Shown: in pieces, positions 14,432-14,539 of the stretch | Layout of the letters: the number at the start of each line of letters is the position of its first letter | Numbering within the stretch: position 1 is the first letter of the stretch | Assembly (NCBI GenBank): GCA_038323265.1 | Contig: JBBQGT010000087.1 | Coordinates: forward strand, 1 to 14,539 | Source: Tepidiformales bacterium | Lineage (GTDB): Bacteria; Chloroflexota; Dehalococcoidia; Tepidiformales; Tepidiformaceae | Direction: 5' to 3' | Length of the DNA: 14,539 nucleotides | The notes under the pieces: model-generated | The model's database searches: none | Told to the model about the DNA's origin: nothing | What the model saw: the letters and a program-made list of their open reading frames with translations, nothing else | Translations under genes and position numbers: made by a program

Positions 14432-14539
14432 TTAGTCCTCGTCGTCGGCGCCGATGAGATCATCTGCGCTTCCGTCTTTCAGTAGTGCTTCCTTGAGCGC
14501 CTTGCCCAGGGCGCTGAGGTTCTCTTCCTCGTCGTCGTC
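14432..14539 (-). CDS. rpoA: 3' end (35 codons) of upstream gene, probably RNA polymerase alpha subunit C-terminal acidic tail
   Basis: In-frame …DDDEEENLSALGKALKEALLKDGSADDLIGADDED* ending TAA 14432-14434, 3 nt before rplQ ATG. Identification rests mainly on the conserved rpoA-rplQ synteny. Confidence 0.4.
   Translation of the reverse strand, partial: DDDEEENLSALGKALKEALLKDGSADDLIGADDED

Overview
The window is high-GC (~65-70%), densely packed bacterial chromosome. I support 18 protein-coding genes plus the partial ends of two more.

**Gene order**
- 1..306 (+): C-terminal fragment of an unknown protein.
- 379..1128 (+): yebC-family regulator.
- 1247..1732 (+): ruvC.
- 1800..2264 (-): F420/FMN PPOX-class split-barrel protein.
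- 2345..2959 (+): a second PPOX-like FMN-binding protein, transcribed divergently from the first.
- 2956..3756 (+): polyphosphate kinase 2 (PPK2), whose start overlaps the preceding PPOX stop by 3 nt.
- 3749..4633 (-): aldose 1-epimerase-like protein.
- 4705..5385 (+): HAD hydrolase.
- 5382..5861 (-): GNAT acetyltransferase.
- 5861..6661 (-): alpha/beta hydrolase; its stop shares 1 nt with the GNAT start.
- 6876..9020 (-): 714-aa YqiK/flotillin-like SPFH membrane protein with an internal tandem duplication of period 222 bp (74 aa).
- 9102..9344 (-): solitary Phd/YefM-type antitoxin-like gene 81 bp upstream of the SPFH gene.
- 9488..11347 (-): tungsten-type aldehyde:ferredoxin oxidoreductase (AOR).
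- 11635..14539 (-): the 3' end of the rpoA operon, in the order rpoA' -> rplQ -> truA -> rplM -> rpsI.

**RNA and regulatory signals**
- A perfect 12-bp stem-loop follows rpsI.
- A 14-bp stem-loop follows AOR.
- No tRNA, rRNA, CRISPR array or transposon could be supported.

**Most notable observations**
- The PPOX-PPK2 overlapping operon, with a second divergent PPOX-class gene beside it.
- The repeat-expanded SPFH protein preceded by an orphan antitoxin-like gene.
- Ribosomal protein L13 carries a ~190-aa Ala/Lys/Pro-rich basic tail, and L17 an acidic Ala/Glu tail.
- AOR has a ~235-nt leader that could hold a cofactor-sensing RNA.

Many long ORFs in the six-frame track run antisense to clear homologs. 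These are high-GC artefacts and were rejected.
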